Below, piece by piece: positions 27,167 to 37,278 of a stretch of 64,000 bases of DNA. Origin of the DNA: Shigella phage vB_SflM_004. Each line of letters begins with the position of its first letter. The first letter of the stretch is position 1. The translations under genes were made by a program, and so were the position numbers. Under the pieces are notes generated by a model, which ran no database searches, was not told the DNA's origin, and was given only the letters and a program-made list of their open reading frames with translations. The stretch lies in the sequence record MK295205; one strand, written 5' to 3'.

Positions 27167-27921
27167 TTCGTATCTCTCTCAATCTTTTCACAAAATGTTT
27201 TAAGTTCTTCTTCAGTGACACCAACAATACTGTCACCGACATTTAAATTTGTCGCGTAAAAGTTTGAGAAATGTGCTTTGTATTTTACTTTAAATACTCC
27301 GGCGTCCTCAATCTGCTTCAAGGCTGTCATTCCAGTGGAATCAAATAGGCTTTTTGTGTAGTTTCTCCACTCTTCAAGAGTTTCTGGATTGACTTTATAG
27401 CTACCAAACAGTGACATGTTACAAGCTACCATAACAATCTCACCACGTTTGAATCCACCATTTTCTGCTCGCCATTGACAATCACCTTGCCACCCATACT
27501 CTTTTCTCCAGAGGTTTTGGTTATCAGAACCGCGATAAGGTTTAACTGTTGGTTTAGATGAATCATACTTGCCGTCAATCACCACGTCAACATATTTCAT
27601 CACATCTAAGTGAATTTTTTCGTGTAACTGAAAACCTGTCCAAAGCCATATAGACTTCTCTGGGTAAACTGTCTTAATACGTTTGCAAATGTTGGTGACC
27701 TCTCGAATATTTCTATCATCCAGAGGTTCTCCACCAAGTATTGACAATCCACTAACGGCATTATCACCCATTAATTGGATGATTCCATAAAGGTTTGCAT
27801 AAGTAAACTCTTTACCAGCATTAAACTTCCAAGATTCCCTGTTAAAGCAGCCTTCACAGTGGTGCTTACAACCAGCTACAAAGAGGCTTACACGAACCCC
27901 TTCACCATTAGCGTGTGTCAA
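27133..27921 (-). CDS. nrdG: anaerobic ribonucleotide reductase activating protein (radical SAM)
   Basis: GEGVRVSLFVAGCKHHCEGCFN Cys cluster near the N-terminus; apparent TTG start with GGAG RBS ~10 nt upstream (no in-frame ATG nearby). Confidence 0.8.
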   Translation of the reverse strand: MTHANGEGVRVSLFVAGCKHHCEGCFNRESWKFNAGKEFTYANLYGIIQLMGDNAVSGLSILGGEPLDDRNIREVTNICKRIKTVYPEKSIWLWTGFQLHEKIHLDVMKYVDVVIDGKYDSSKPTVKPYRGSDNQNLWRKEYGWQGDCQWRAENGGFKRGEIVMVACNMSLFGSYKVNPETLEEWRNYTKSLFDSTGMTALKQIEDAGVFKVKYKAHFSNFYATNLNVGDSIVGVTEEELKTFCEKIERDTKWDSGTVLNQK

Positions 27922-27981
27922 ATGGTCGAATCTCCATGTAATTCATCTAGTTACCTCACCAATATTATTTAATTGTTTTAC

Positions 27982-28377
27982 TCATTCAAACACTACCTGA
28001 CAAGGAACCTGTTTAGTAATAAATTCTTCACAGTGTTCTTTAATGAAGTTTTGTAATGGCACACAGTCTTGTGCGCAAGTCATTAGCATAATGTACTCTG
28101 GATTCATGATATTTTCAAGACTGTAGAAGACAACATCACCAGATAGTTCGTGACCATCTTCTTCAGACCAAGTTCCAGTGACTACAGCTAATTTGTCAAG
28201 CAATTCATTAGGCAATGCTACACCGTCTTCTACGGAGTCACTTAGAACGTTGTCGCTGATGTACAATGTGAAGACCGTGTGGAATGTTGAGTATCTTACG
28301 TGATTCTTTTCGCAAGAGCCACACTCTGAGGCATAATCTTTAATCCACTCTAACTGTTTTTGGTTCAACTTAATCAT
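27982..28377 (-). CDS. hypothetical protein
   Basis: 131-aa ORF with AAGGTGA RBS. Confidence 0.45.
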   Translation of the reverse strand: MIKLNQKQLEWIKDYASECGSCEKNHVRYSTFHTVFTLYISDNVLSDSVEDGVALPNELLDKLAVVTGTWSEEDGHELSGDVVFYSLENIMNPEYIMLMTCAQDCVPLQNFIKEHCEEFITKQVPCQVVFE

Positions 28378-28420
28378 AATTTCACCTTAGTTGGTAATGC
28401 ACTGAATGCTATAGCTAACC

Positions 28421-28693
28421 CTAAGAATGGTTTGAAGCATGACCATAAATCCATATTGTTTGGTTGTTATCACAAACATACAGGTACTCTGTCCCGATTT
28501 GTGGGACGATGATTGTAGTGTTGCCTGATATGACTGTCATATAGTATAGGTAATTTCTACTCTGTGACGTTTGCTGACCATGATATGAGAAACCCCATTG
28601 TGGGTCTGAAAAACCCCACACCATAACACTAGCCCCAAAGAAGAAGACTAGAATATGTAGTATGTATATCAACGTTTTTGGTATTTTAAACAT
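28421..28693 (-). CDS. hypothetical membrane protein
   Basis: 90 aa; N-terminal hydrophobic helix LIYILHILVFFFGASVMVWGF. Confidence 0.4.
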   Translation of the reverse strand: MFKIPKTLIYILHILVFFFGASVMVWGFSDPQWGFSYHGQQTSQSRNYLYYMTVISGNTTIIVPQIGTEYLYVCDNNQTIWIYGHASNHS

Positions 28694-28847
28694 TTTAACT
28701 TATCTCTCAATTCACAATAAGAGAGTCCTAAAAAGAACCCTAGTAAGACAGAACCTATGAACAATCCAATAATATTCTCTGCCATATCTAACATCCAATA
28801 AAAAAGGTGATGTAAGCTTATCAAGACCCACATCACCTTGTCAAGTT

Positions 28848-30992
28848 TTACATAGAGATTCTGTCACGAATCTCAGCGATTTTTGCATCGTTCATTCGGG
28901 ATTCACCTTTAATCTTAGTCCATCCAAGATACCCACACACCCTGTTAATCACAGAGATATCATGTGAATGGCAAACCTCACATTCCTCAACATCAGCCTT
29001 TGGTCTGTTACCACAATGCTCACAGATTGCTAAGTCAAAGTTAAGCCCCTGATAAAAACCTTTCAACATCCCTCTTGTAATACAACTTTTAAGTGCTGGT
29101 AAGTTTTCTGGGTTAGCTACTCTTACATACTGGATTCTGCCACCTCTACAGATATGGAAGAATGGCTCTTCTAAGTCCTGCTTCTCAAATGGTGAGATGT
29201 CTGCTGCAACATTCATATGGAAACTGTTTGTAAAGTATTCTTTGTCAGAAACACCTTTAATAACACCAAACATATCTCTGAACTGTTTTAACTGAGTTCC
29301 ACAAAGTGATTCTGCTGGAGTGCCATAGACTGCATATAAGAAACCATCTTCATTTTTAAACTCTTCAGTCTTCATGTTGATGTATGCCAGAACATCGTAT
29401 GCAAAACTATAGCTTCCAACTTCATGAAGTCGTTTACCTTCAGCAAGAACAGATAACTCATCAAGTGCAGTAACCCCAAAAGAAGCTGTGAAGGACTTCA
29501 CGATATCCCAACCAACCTTATCAGTAGGTTTCTTAGTGCCTTTGTACAGACCGCCTTGTGTGAATGCAAGAGGGTTAGAACTTGCTGGCATATTAGCAAT
29601 CATTTCGTAGCGTTTCTTGTGGAAGCTGCGAATCATCTCTAGGTACTTATCAAGCTCTTTCCAGAAGTCTAAACCATTCTCTTTAGAATACTGGTAAATC
29701 ATTGGCAAGTTCAAAGATACAGCACCAATGTTAGCACGACCAACATAGAACTCTTCCCCATCCTCATTAAGATATGGAGATAAGAAGGCTCTGCAACCCA
29801 TCGGTGAAATCACCTTGCCAGAACGCTCAAAAGCCTCTGCTACAGCACCGTGACCAGATACACTTAAGAAATCTGGATACATTGCTTTAGAGCAACACTC
29901 AATAGCTTTACTGTACAGGTGACCTTGACAGATATTTTCATCATGTCTCTTCTGGTCATAGATATAAACCAGTTTAGGGAATACAACAGGTTTTTTGCTC
30001 TTACCTTGTCCATTCATACGAACATCTAAGAGAGTACTTGCAATCATGTATTGTAGTCGGTTGTCTTCATTAGACATATCTGAGTCAAGTAGTCCGAATG
30101 TCAAAGTTGTGAATGCAAAATCACCACGGCTGCAAGGTACAGTGTTCAGTTTCATTTCAAGTGACTGAAAACCTTGAGTTAATTCAATCTGTAGCTGCTC
30201 CATGACATAATTATGGTAATGTTCTTTAGGAATACCATAAGATGCTGCTTTCTCAGCATGGTAGCGTAGAGACTTCTTAGCATACGGTACAAGTACCTTA
30301 TCAATCTCTGCTAAAGTAAAGCCGCCAAATTGCTGTGCAGTTGCTGAAAGAACTACATCACCAATAACCTGTAAGGCTGACAGTACAGACTTCGGTTCAC
30401 AGTATTCGATGCCAGACATTTCAAAGCCACCTTTCAGTACTTTACCAATGTCAAACAGACAACAGTTGATACCACCAAAAATTAGGTCTCTTAAGTCATG
30501 GATGTAGATAAACCCTTTTTCAATGGCTTCAAGTTCCTCTGGTGTTAAATGGTACTGTTTAAAGATTTCTTTAGTCAGATAACCACGAATAATTGAGCCT
30601 TTTGTGGAAATTAAACTGCTGTCAAAGTTAGCATTTTCACGGTCACCTAAGAAGAGTGTGTCTCTAGTCTTTTGGTAAAGCTCATCCCAATTTTGAGCAA
30701 CCTCTTTACGGTAATTTCTATATGTTGAGTAAGACTCATAAATCTCGTGATTGACTTCTGCCAAAGCACCCTCAACAATACTGTGAATATCATTTACCGA
30801 GATTAGCAAATTATTCTGCTTAGTGGACTTTACCAGAATCCTCATAAATGCTGACTCAAGAGCTTGGGTAACATCTGGTGGAAGTTCTTTATACCCAACC
30901 CTGTTAGCTGACTTAGTTACTGCTGCTAAAACTTTTTTGATATCAGGTTCTTCAAGTGAGCCATTCTTTTTAATAATCTGTACTTTGTTCAT
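28848..30992 (-). CDS. nrdD: anaerobic ribonucleoside-triphosphate reductase, class III
   Basis: 714 aa; N-terminal ATP-cone; C-terminal glycyl-radical motif RVCGYLG; Zn-binding CEHCG...CEVCH. Confidence 0.9.
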   Translation of the reverse strand: MNKVQIIKKNGSLEEPDIKKVLAAVTKSANRVGYKELPPDVTQALESAFMRILVKSTKQNNLLISVNDIHSIVEGALAEVNHEIYESYSTYRNYRKEVAQNWDELYQKTRDTLFLGDRENANFDSSLISTKGSIIRGYLTKEIFKQYHLTPEELEAIEKGFIYIHDLRDLIFGGINCCLFDIGKVLKGGFEMSGIEYCEPKSVLSALQVIGDVVLSATAQQFGGFTLAEIDKVLVPYAKKSLRYHAEKAASYGIPKEHYHNYVMEQLQIELTQGFQSLEMKLNTVPCSRGDFAFTTLTFGLLDSDMSNEDNRLQYMIASTLLDVRMNGQGKSKKPVVFPKLVYIYDQKRHDENICQGHLYSKAIECCSKAMYPDFLSVSGHGAVAEAFERSGKVISPMGCRAFLSPYLNEDGEEFYVGRANIGAVSLNLPMIYQYSKENGLDFWKELDKYLEMIRSFHKKRYEMIANMPASSNPLAFTQGGLYKGTKKPTDKVGWDIVKSFTASFGVTALDELSVLAEGKRLHEVGSYSFAYDVLAYINMKTEEFKNEDGFLYAVYGTPAESLCGTQLKQFRDMFGVIKGVSDKEYFTNSFHMNVAADISPFEKQDLEEPFFHICRGGRIQYVRVANPENLPALKSCITRGMLKGFYQGLNFDLAICEHCGNRPKADVEECEVCHSHDISVINRVCGYLGWTKIKGESRMNDAKIAEIRDRISM

Positions 30993-31012
30993 TATTGCCC
31001 CTTTACATGCTA

Positions 31013-31033
31013 AAAAGGTCTCCGAAGAGACCC
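31013..31033 (-). terminator. rho-independent terminator
   Basis: Minus strand GGTCTCttcgGAGACC + TTTTT. Confidence 0.5.
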
Positions 31034-31040
31034 TTTCATT

Positions 31041-31247
31041 TTAAATCTTTTTAGAAAACTTTGAAACGAGTTTTCTTAGTTTTTCAGTGATGCCTAGCTG
31101 TATCTCTAATATTTCAAAGATAACCCATAGTAACATGGCTCCAAACAATGAACCTTGTTCAAAATCAGTAAATAGGTTAACAATGAGCATACCAATCACA
31201 ATGGCTGGTGCATCAACAACCAAGCCTTCCCAAAGGCGTTTAAGCAT
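31041..31247 (-). CDS. hypothetical small membrane protein
   Basis: 68 aa; hydrophobic core AIVIGMLIVNLF...LLWVIFEIL. Confidence 0.4.
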   Translation of the reverse strand: MLKRLWEGLVVDAPAIVIGMLIVNLFTDFEQGSLFGAMLLWVIFEILEIQLGITEKLRKLVSKFSKKI

Positions 31248-31482
31248 TATTCACCTCTGCCATAAAATTCTGTAGCGTTCCAACAGGTTTTAGATTTTGA
31301 CCATCAGTTTTCATGATGAATGGCATCTGACGAACTGGCATCTGTGCAATATCCATCAGGTCTGACAGTTCATAGTCCTGCCCTAACATTCTCACAACAT
31401 GGTCAATACCACGAGCTTTTGCAAAATTCTTTGCAGTCTCACACTGAGGGCATCCAGTTTTGGAGTAAATTACATAAGTCAT
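31240..31482 (-). CDS. glutaredoxin-like redoxin (RNR hydrogen donor)
   Basis: 80 aa; CPQC active-site motif near the N-terminus; immediately downstream of nrdB. Confidence 0.7.
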   Translation of the reverse strand: MTYVIYSKTGCPQCETAKNFAKARGIDHVVRMLGQDYELSDLMDIAQMPVRQMPFIMKTDGQNLKPVGTLQNFMAEVNNA

Positions 31483-32555
31483 TAAGGAACCTCTAAAAAT
31501 CCACTATTCAAATCATCTACAACAGTATTCAATAAATACGCACCGTTTTGTTGCTCCTGATTAGCATTCTGCTCTTTATCAATTTCCATCTTCTTAATCA
31601 TATACTTCAAAGGTGGTTCTTTAGGAGCTACAAAATCTCTGGGAATGCCAAACATATCATACAGTGGGGCAGCATTATAGTAAACCCACTCATGAAGAAG
31701 TTTTGTATTTAAACCAACTACAGCACGTCCTTCGGAGAAGATATAATACGACCATTTTTCTTCACTTTCAACTACTTCATCTAAGATTACTTTAATCTCT
31801 GGAAGAATTTGTTGGAAAGCTTTTTGCCACTCATCATCTCTTAAAGTTTCTTTTAAAACTTCAATATCAATTTTAGTGTGAAGGATTTCATCAAGCATAA
31901 TTTTCTGGACAGCTTGAGCAATACCCTGAAATTTATCTTGAGCATCAAGTGCAAAAGTACATGCAAAGGATGCCATAAAGGATATTCCTTCAAGTGCAGT
32001 CACTGCAAATAAACCTTTTAGAATCACTTTATGGAAGTGCAAAGGGTCTTTGTCCAGAAGTGAGTCACGTACATAACCCAGTCGATAGTTTATACCTTCA
32101 TCCAGTAATTCTTCAAGAACACGATTTACAGTTTTTAATCGGTCTTGTACAGCAATGTTCTGGTTAATCTCATCTAAGATTGTTTCAGGGTTTTTAATAC
32201 ATTGCCTTACAATCTCCGAGTAAGTCAGAGCGTGTAGGTTTTCAATCTCAGACTGCTTCATAATTGCAGTTGCATAAATGTCATCAGAGATGAATGGTGC
32301 AAAAGCAAACGCTAAACTCTTAGCAACTTGGGTATCTGCTTCCCACTGCCACTTAAGAATCTCAAGCATTACACCTGACATTGATGCTGGTACACTCTCA
32401 AAATCAAGACGTGATTGTTCAAAAGGAAACTCATCTTCTGACCAGTCTTGTGCTTTTTGTTGTTTATATAGCTCAAAGATTTTTGGGTAGTGTTTGTTAA
32501 GTGAGTCGAATGTCTTTCTCTCACCACCTAAAAAGATTGGGTGTTGGTTAATCAT
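31482..32555 (-). CDS. nrdB: ribonucleotide reductase small subunit, class Ia
   Basis: ORF 31482-32615 starts on TTG; first ATG at 32555 (MINQHPIFLGG); ferritin-like di-iron fold; follows nrdA. Confidence 0.85.
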   Translation of the reverse strand: MINQHPIFLGGERKTFDSLNKHYPKIFELYKQQKAQDWSEDEFPFEQSRLDFESVPASMSGVMLEILKWQWEADTQVAKSLAFAFAPFISDDIYATAIMKQSEIENLHALTYSEIVRQCIKNPETILDEINQNIAVQDRLKTVNRVLEELLDEGINYRLGYVRDSLLDKDPLHFHKVILKGLFAVTALEGISFMASFACTFALDAQDKFQGIAQAVQKIMLDEILHTKIDIEVLKETLRDDEWQKAFQQILPEIKVILDEVVESEEKWSYYIFSEGRAVVGLNTKLLHEWVYYNAAPLYDMFGIPRDFVAPKEPPLKYMIKKMEIDKEQNANQEQQNGAYLLNTVVDDLNSGFLEVP

Positions 32556-32809
32556 AATGTGATTTCTCCTTTCTTTATCATCTCTAAGGCTTGTTTTCTG
32601 TCTAAAACTTCCCAATTTTCTTTATTAAACATGTCATAAGGTCTTGCATAGATTTTACCATCTGCTGTAGAGATGTAAGAGACACCAGCGACCCATGAAT
32701 CATCAGCCTGTTTTATCATCATATCTGTGCTACTCACATAGTACAGTGTTTTTCGAGGTTTGTGGAGCAAGTATATAGGTCGCTCGTGATTTGCTATCAA
32801 ATCTTTCAT
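32552..32809 (-). CDS. hypothetical protein between nrdA and nrdB
   Basis: ORF 32552-32893 trimmed to the ATG at 32809 (MKDLIANHERPIY) with GGAG RBS. Confidence 0.4.
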   Translation of the reverse strand: MKDLIANHERPIYLLHKPRKTLYYVSSTDMMIKQADDSWVAGVSYISTADGKIYARPYDMFNKENWEVLDRKQALEMIKKGEITL

Positions 32810-32864
32810 AGTTTCTCCAAAGTTAATTTTAGAGGGTCTTTTACGACCCTCATAGTTATTAAAA

Positions 32865-35099
32865 CTAAACACCACAACCCTCGCAATAAGCATCTTGCAG
32901 TGCAGATTTACCTACACCGATGCGACTGTTAAGGTAGTACATGGTTTTCATACCTACCGAGTTGGCATAAACCATATACTTCAAAGCTTGAGCCAATGAT
33001 ACCTTCTTAGACTTTGCATAGTCAACATAGAAATCTGAAGAGATAGCTTGACCAGTGAACTTTTGAACAATTGCATAACAATCAATCAGGTCAAAGGTAT
33101 CAATATCCCAAGCAATTTCATAGACATACTTCAACTCTTCATAATCTGGAACAATAAACAGTACGTTACCAGTTGCAGACTTTTTAGTTAAAATAAAGTC
33201 ACGAATTGGGTACAATCCATTTGTTGTATTAGTCGCCAGTGAAGAACTCTCGTTAGGCATGTAAGCTTCTAATACAGAGTTGCGGATGCCACCATTTTCT
33301 TTGATACGTTGTGCTAAGTCATCCCAATCATATCTTAGTTTTGCATCATGCTTCTCATCAATCTTCTTGTTAGCTGTCTTCGGAGGAACCCAACCTTCAG
33401 GATACTTAGTGAACTTCATGTATTCGGGTACACCACGCTCTTTAGCAAGTCTTAGAGAAGCTTCATGCAGATAGTAAGAGTGCATCTCTGCAAGTTCGTG
33501 AAGCTTTGTCTTACCTGCTCTTGAAGAGTAGTTCACATAGTTTTTCGCAAGGTAATGAGCCACATTTGTAAGGCCAATCCCAACAGAGCGACGCTTCTGA
33601 ACATGGTTGCGCATCGACGGATACGGATAATCCATAAGGTCAATAACGGAGTCAACCATTGCAAGAGCATAATAAGCAACGTCAGCGTATTCATCTTCTG
33701 AAATTCTCCCTGCAACCAAACTAGCTAGGAAGCAAAGAGCTACCTCACCATCCTCTTTCACAGCATCATCTCTGTAAAGGTCTGTCTCTTTCTCAAATCC
33801 GTACACTGGCAACACAATTTCCATACAAAGATTTGACATCTTCAAAGGCTCTTTAAATGGTGTATGTGTGTTTGCATTATTTGTGAAGAATGGATACACA
33901 CGACCTGTTGCATAACGCTGCTGGATAAACAGTTTAGCAATTTCACGAGCCTTGACTCGTCTGTGTTTAACACCAGAATGTACTGCGTGACCAACTGCCA
34001 TAGCAAACTCATCAGCAGATGCAGTGTAGAACATATCATAAAGTTTTGGTGCATCCTTGTAAGAGAATAGCAACCAATCTGTATCATACTGAACACACTG
34101 CCAGAAATAATCATTTGTACCAAATGAGTAGTCCATCTCGTTAATACGTTTAGAAGGAACCGTTGTAGGGTGCTTCAAACGCAGTAAATCTTCAATCTGC
34201 GGGTCTAGAGCAGTGTAGAAGTTGTTAGCTGAACCACCACGACTCTTCTGTTTATTTGCCTCTACAGATGAACGTACAAGCTTGTAATAAGGCAGTTTAC
34301 CCATGTGTTCGATAGTGTTTTGACGGATACCATCACCAATAGTCCGAGTCTCCATCAGCATACCGATACCAGCTTGCTTTGTAGTCATGTCATAAGCAAC
34401 CTTTGCAGCAATACCAAGAGATTCAGCAGTATCGTTTGCCTTAATCAAACAGCATGACGCATAACCTGACTTAGTAGCACGTAAGCCATTCAGATAAGGC
34501 GTAGGTGCGTTAATCTTCAGGTCAGATAGGTAAGTGTACAGCTTAATAACATCTTGCAGTCTACGGTGCTTTGGTTGCTTCTCAAAGGCTTTCATAGCCA
34601 TACCCATAAACATAAATTGTGGTGACTCAAAAAGTCTTCCCGTTTTAATATCACGGATACCATATTTATCTCTGAACTGTTTCAACACTGCATAGCCGTA
34701 AGAGATATCTTTTGAGTGCACAATGTACCCTTGCAGATATTCAAGCTCTTCCTGAGAATAGTCCATCTTCTCCCAAAGTCCTGCTCTCTCCATATTTTTA
34801 ACGAAGGTAACCAGTGTAGGAACCTTAGTAAAGCCCCCAAAGGCTTCTTTGTAGATAATCCCCAGAAGTAGCCGCCCAGCCATGTCTGAGTACTCTTGAG
34901 TTTGCTTATCAACACAAACATCAATCATGGCTTGGTGCATCTCTTTTGTAGTGCAACCCTCATAGACACGCTTCATGGCTTCCATAGTGACTTCTGACCA
35001 GATGATTCCACGCTTATCTGCCCATGATGCCCACTTATTCAATCTTTCTGGGTCAAAGCTTACTACTGTACCGTTTGATTTTTTAATTGTCTTAATCAT
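32865..35099 (-). CDS. nrdA: ribonucleotide reductase large subunit, class Ia
   Basis: 744 aa; N-terminal ATP-cone; C-terminal Cys pair (CEGCGV) typical of NrdA tails. Confidence 0.9.
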   Translation of the reverse strand: MIKTIKKSNGTVVSFDPERLNKWASWADKRGIIWSEVTMEAMKRVYEGCTTKEMHQAMIDVCVDKQTQEYSDMAGRLLLGIIYKEAFGGFTKVPTLVTFVKNMERAGLWEKMDYSQEELEYLQGYIVHSKDISYGYAVLKQFRDKYGIRDIKTGRLFESPQFMFMGMAMKAFEKQPKHRRLQDVIKLYTYLSDLKINAPTPYLNGLRATKSGYASCCLIKANDTAESLGIAAKVAYDMTTKQAGIGMLMETRTIGDGIRQNTIEHMGKLPYYKLVRSSVEANKQKSRGGSANNFYTALDPQIEDLLRLKHPTTVPSKRINEMDYSFGTNDYFWQCVQYDTDWLLFSYKDAPKLYDMFYTASADEFAMAVGHAVHSGVKHRRVKAREIAKLFIQQRYATGRVYPFFTNNANTHTPFKEPLKMSNLCMEIVLPVYGFEKETDLYRDDAVKEDGEVALCFLASLVAGRISEDEYADVAYYALAMVDSVIDLMDYPYPSMRNHVQKRRSVGIGLTNVAHYLAKNYVNYSSRAGKTKLHELAEMHSYYLHEASLRLAKERGVPEYMKFTKYPEGWVPPKTANKKIDEKHDAKLRYDWDDLAQRIKENGGIRNSVLEAYMPNESSSLATNTTNGLYPIRDFILTKKSATGNVLFIVPDYEELKYVYEIAWDIDTFDLIDCYAIVQKFTGQAISSDFYVDYAKSKKVSLAQALKYMVYANSVGMKTMYYLNSRIGVGKSALQDAYCEGCGV

Positions 35100-35115
35100 T
35101 TTTGAATCCTACAGA

Positions 35116-35139
35116 TGAAAAGAGCCTCCGAAGAGGCTC
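35116..35139 (-). terminator. rho-independent terminator
   Basis: Minus strand GGAGCCTCttcgGAGGCTC + T-run. Confidence 0.5.
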
Positions 35140-35145
35140 CCTAGT

Positions 35146-35484
35146 TTAAATCTTGAAAATTTGCTCGTTCTGCCACATATCGTAAAACTTATCACTTACC
35201 TTTGTGACTGAAGAAGTGTGCATACAATTCAGGGAGAACCATGATGATGTATTATCATCCATAAGTGTTTCAAGTTTTTGTGTGATATTCACATCCATGT
35301 CTGCAACAACGTAATTACCTCGCATCTTGCAAACAATTCTTCCAAACAAGATTGCACTTCTGCCTCTTCGGTCGTCACAGTACATGACTGTGTCCCCGTG
35401 CTTAACGTCTTGTCCGATACTATCAACACCTAATTTAGCACCTGAGATAATGTCATCATAAGATAGCTTTTTTGCTTTAGACAT
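35146..35484 (-). CDS. hypothetical protein
   Basis: 112-aa ORF. Confidence 0.45.
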   Translation of the reverse strand: MSKAKKLSYDDIISGAKLGVDSIGQDVKHGDTVMYCDDRRGRSAILFGRIVCKMRGNYVVADMDVNITQKLETLMDDNTSSWFSLNCMHTSSVTKVSDKFYDMWQNEQIFKI

Positions 35485-35809
35485 GGTATTTCTCCAAGTT
35501 TCTTTTTAGATATAACCAACCATAGTCAGTTCTTTCTACACCCATGAAGAGTGGAGCCATTACAACTTTACCAAAAGTATTCCTGTGTTGACAGATTTCA
35601 AAAGAATACTCTTTCTCAATATCAATCCCGTATTTGTACAGAACTGCTTTTAAAACTTGTTCATTATCCAGAAGTGTATCTGGAGTCTCACCATACTTCT
35701 CAAGTAACGGGTCATTCATAAACACCGTCATAGAGATATTGTAGTTTGAGAAGTGGCTCTTCTGAGCCACACCTTCTTTATTAATGTTCTGTGAATCCAT
35801 TATAACCAA
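35477..35809 (-). CDS. hypothetical protein
   Basis: 110-aa ORF. Confidence 0.45.
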   Translation of the reverse strand: MVIMDSQNINKEGVAQKSHFSNYNISMTVFMNDPLLEKYGETPDTLLDNEQVLKAVLYKYGIDIEKEYSFEICQHRNTFGKVVMAPLFMGVERTDYGWLYLKRNLEKYHV

Positions 35810-36536
35810 CCCCTTTTAACCAGCACTTCAGGTTATTAGCATCATAATTCAGTTTTGGGTATGAGGTTACATGGAACTGCTCACCATCATAGTAGACAAT
35901 ATCTGCAATCCATAGTCCATTCTCTTTACAGAAATCTTTATCTGCTTTAGAGGTAATTGGATTAACTTCTACAAAACCATCTACACCCAAATCCTTTAAG
36001 CTACATACAATACCTTTGCAGATAACGCATGTCTCAGATACTACCACAAAAAGTTCTTGGCTTTCAAGTTCTACAATGTATTCACCAAGCTGAACTTTAG
36101 GGAGATTAGATTGCTTCATAATCTTCCCATCGGCTGCACGAACAATTGCATACCATTCTTTGCCATCAACTACTGACATTCTGATGATACACTCTTGACC
36201 AGTACGCTTCTCAATATCTGCAAGACGTTTTAAAGCTTCTTCATAGTCGTCTGTGTACTTCAGGTCATTATTATGGCAAACAGCTTCCATAGCACCATTA
36301 TGGTCATGTTGTGACAGGTAAATCAAACCGTCAAGAACATATTGCAAATCTGCCTGAGCATCCAGTGCCTCAATGGGGTCTTTCTCTTCAATTGCTTTTA
36401 CAAGCTCTTTTGCTTCTTCAAGCATACACAGGGACTGGGATTTCAAAGATTCCCAATACTCATCACTGTAAGGTTGCTTTTGGGTGTTTCCGCAACGAAG
36501 ATTCCAGTTTTTTACTGATTCTCTTGAGTTAAACAT
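35781..36536 (-). CDS. MazG-like nucleotide pyrophosphohydrolase domain protein (N-terminal) with C-terminal domain of unknown function
   Basis: LEEAKELVKAIEE...EALDAQADLQYVLDGLIYL resembles the MazG EExxE...D motif; 251 aa. Confidence 0.4.
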   Translation of the reverse strand: MFNSRESVKNWNLRCGNTQKQPYSDEYWESLKSQSLCMLEEAKELVKAIEEKDPIEALDAQADLQYVLDGLIYLSQHDHNGAMEAVCHNNDLKYTDDYEEALKRLADIEKRTGQECIIRMSVVDGKEWYAIVRAADGKIMKQSNLPKVQLGEYIVELESQELFVVVSETCVICKGIVCSLKDLGVDGFVEVNPITSKADKDFCKENGLWIADIVYYDGEQFHVTSYPKLNYDANNLKCWLKGVGYNGFTEH

Positions 36537-36774
36537 TCGGACTCCTTAAAAATCTGTTAACTTTTAGCTCTCGTGTTTCAATATATTCCAGATGCTCACG
36601 TAACTCTTGACGTTTAAGCATTAGGTGCTGCATTTGAGATTCAACAGCTTCAACCTCTTTAATTATTGACTCTCTGGCATTTGCAAGAATGCGCTCAAGT
36701 TCTTCAATCTTGCTGTCAACTTTTGCTACATGACTCACAGCTTTACTTTTGTTAAACATTTTATTCTCTCTCAA
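36529..36774 (-). CDS. hypothetical coiled-coil protein
   Basis: 81-aa ORF, charged/helical. Confidence 0.4.
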   Translation of the reverse strand: MRENKMFNKSKAVSHVAKVDSKIEELERILANARESIIKEVEAVESQMQHLMLKRQELREHLEYIETRELKVNRFLRSPNV

Positions 36775-36780
36775 TAGTTA

Positions 36781-37278
36781 TCAAGCACAGTTTGCTTTCA
36801 TTACCTTATGGATTCTTTTTTCAGCATCTTCATAAGTTTCTTTAGTAATAAACTTAATTGCTGCAATATTGGCATTGTAGAAGAGTCTGAGCTTAGAGTC
36901 AATCCTTTTTGTCATTACATCGAATTTATGTTGAAGGTTTGCTTCACCATAAACTAGACCACCTTTTGTGTAGTAGGTTTGAATAATGTAAAAGTCAAAA
37001 AACTCTTTTCCAAAACTCTCAATATCTTTTTTAATATACTCAGAAGAAGTCTCATAAGTCATCCAATCACTTTCCTTAGTGACTACCTTCTTCCGAGTCT
37101 TACCAGCAACTTTTCTTTTGGTCACACTATTAAGCTGTTTCTTTCCAATATAGTATTGTCCGGTTTTCTTACAGTGTACTAAATAGACAAAACCAAAATG
37201 TTTAGTGGGGTCAACTTCCCCACATAAAGATACCCAATGACCATAGGTGGGACAATTGCCAAATCCTTTAATCTTCAT
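36781..37278 (-). CDS. GIY-YIG-like domain protein (possible homing endonuclease)
   Basis: FGFVYLVHCKKTGQYYIGKK resembles the GIY...YIG core; adjacent to an HNH endonuclease. Confidence 0.4.
   Translation of the reverse strand: MKIKGFGNCPTYGHWVSLCGEVDPTKHFGFVYLVHCKKTGQYYIGKKQLNSVTKRKVAGKTRKKVVTKESDWMTYETSSEYIKKDIESFGKEFFDFYIIQTYYTKGGLVYGEANLQHKFDVMTKRIDSKLRLFYNANIAAIKFITKETYEDAEKRIHKVMKANCA

Noticed and set aside
28848-35099. T4-like (Tevenvirinae) identity, suggested by rII, nrdAB/nrdDG and frd/td
   Set aside because: The replication genes are a family A DNA polymerase and a fused T7-type primase-helicase rather than T4 gp43/gp41/gp61, so the T4-like features are shared modules, not evidence of a T4-type genome.
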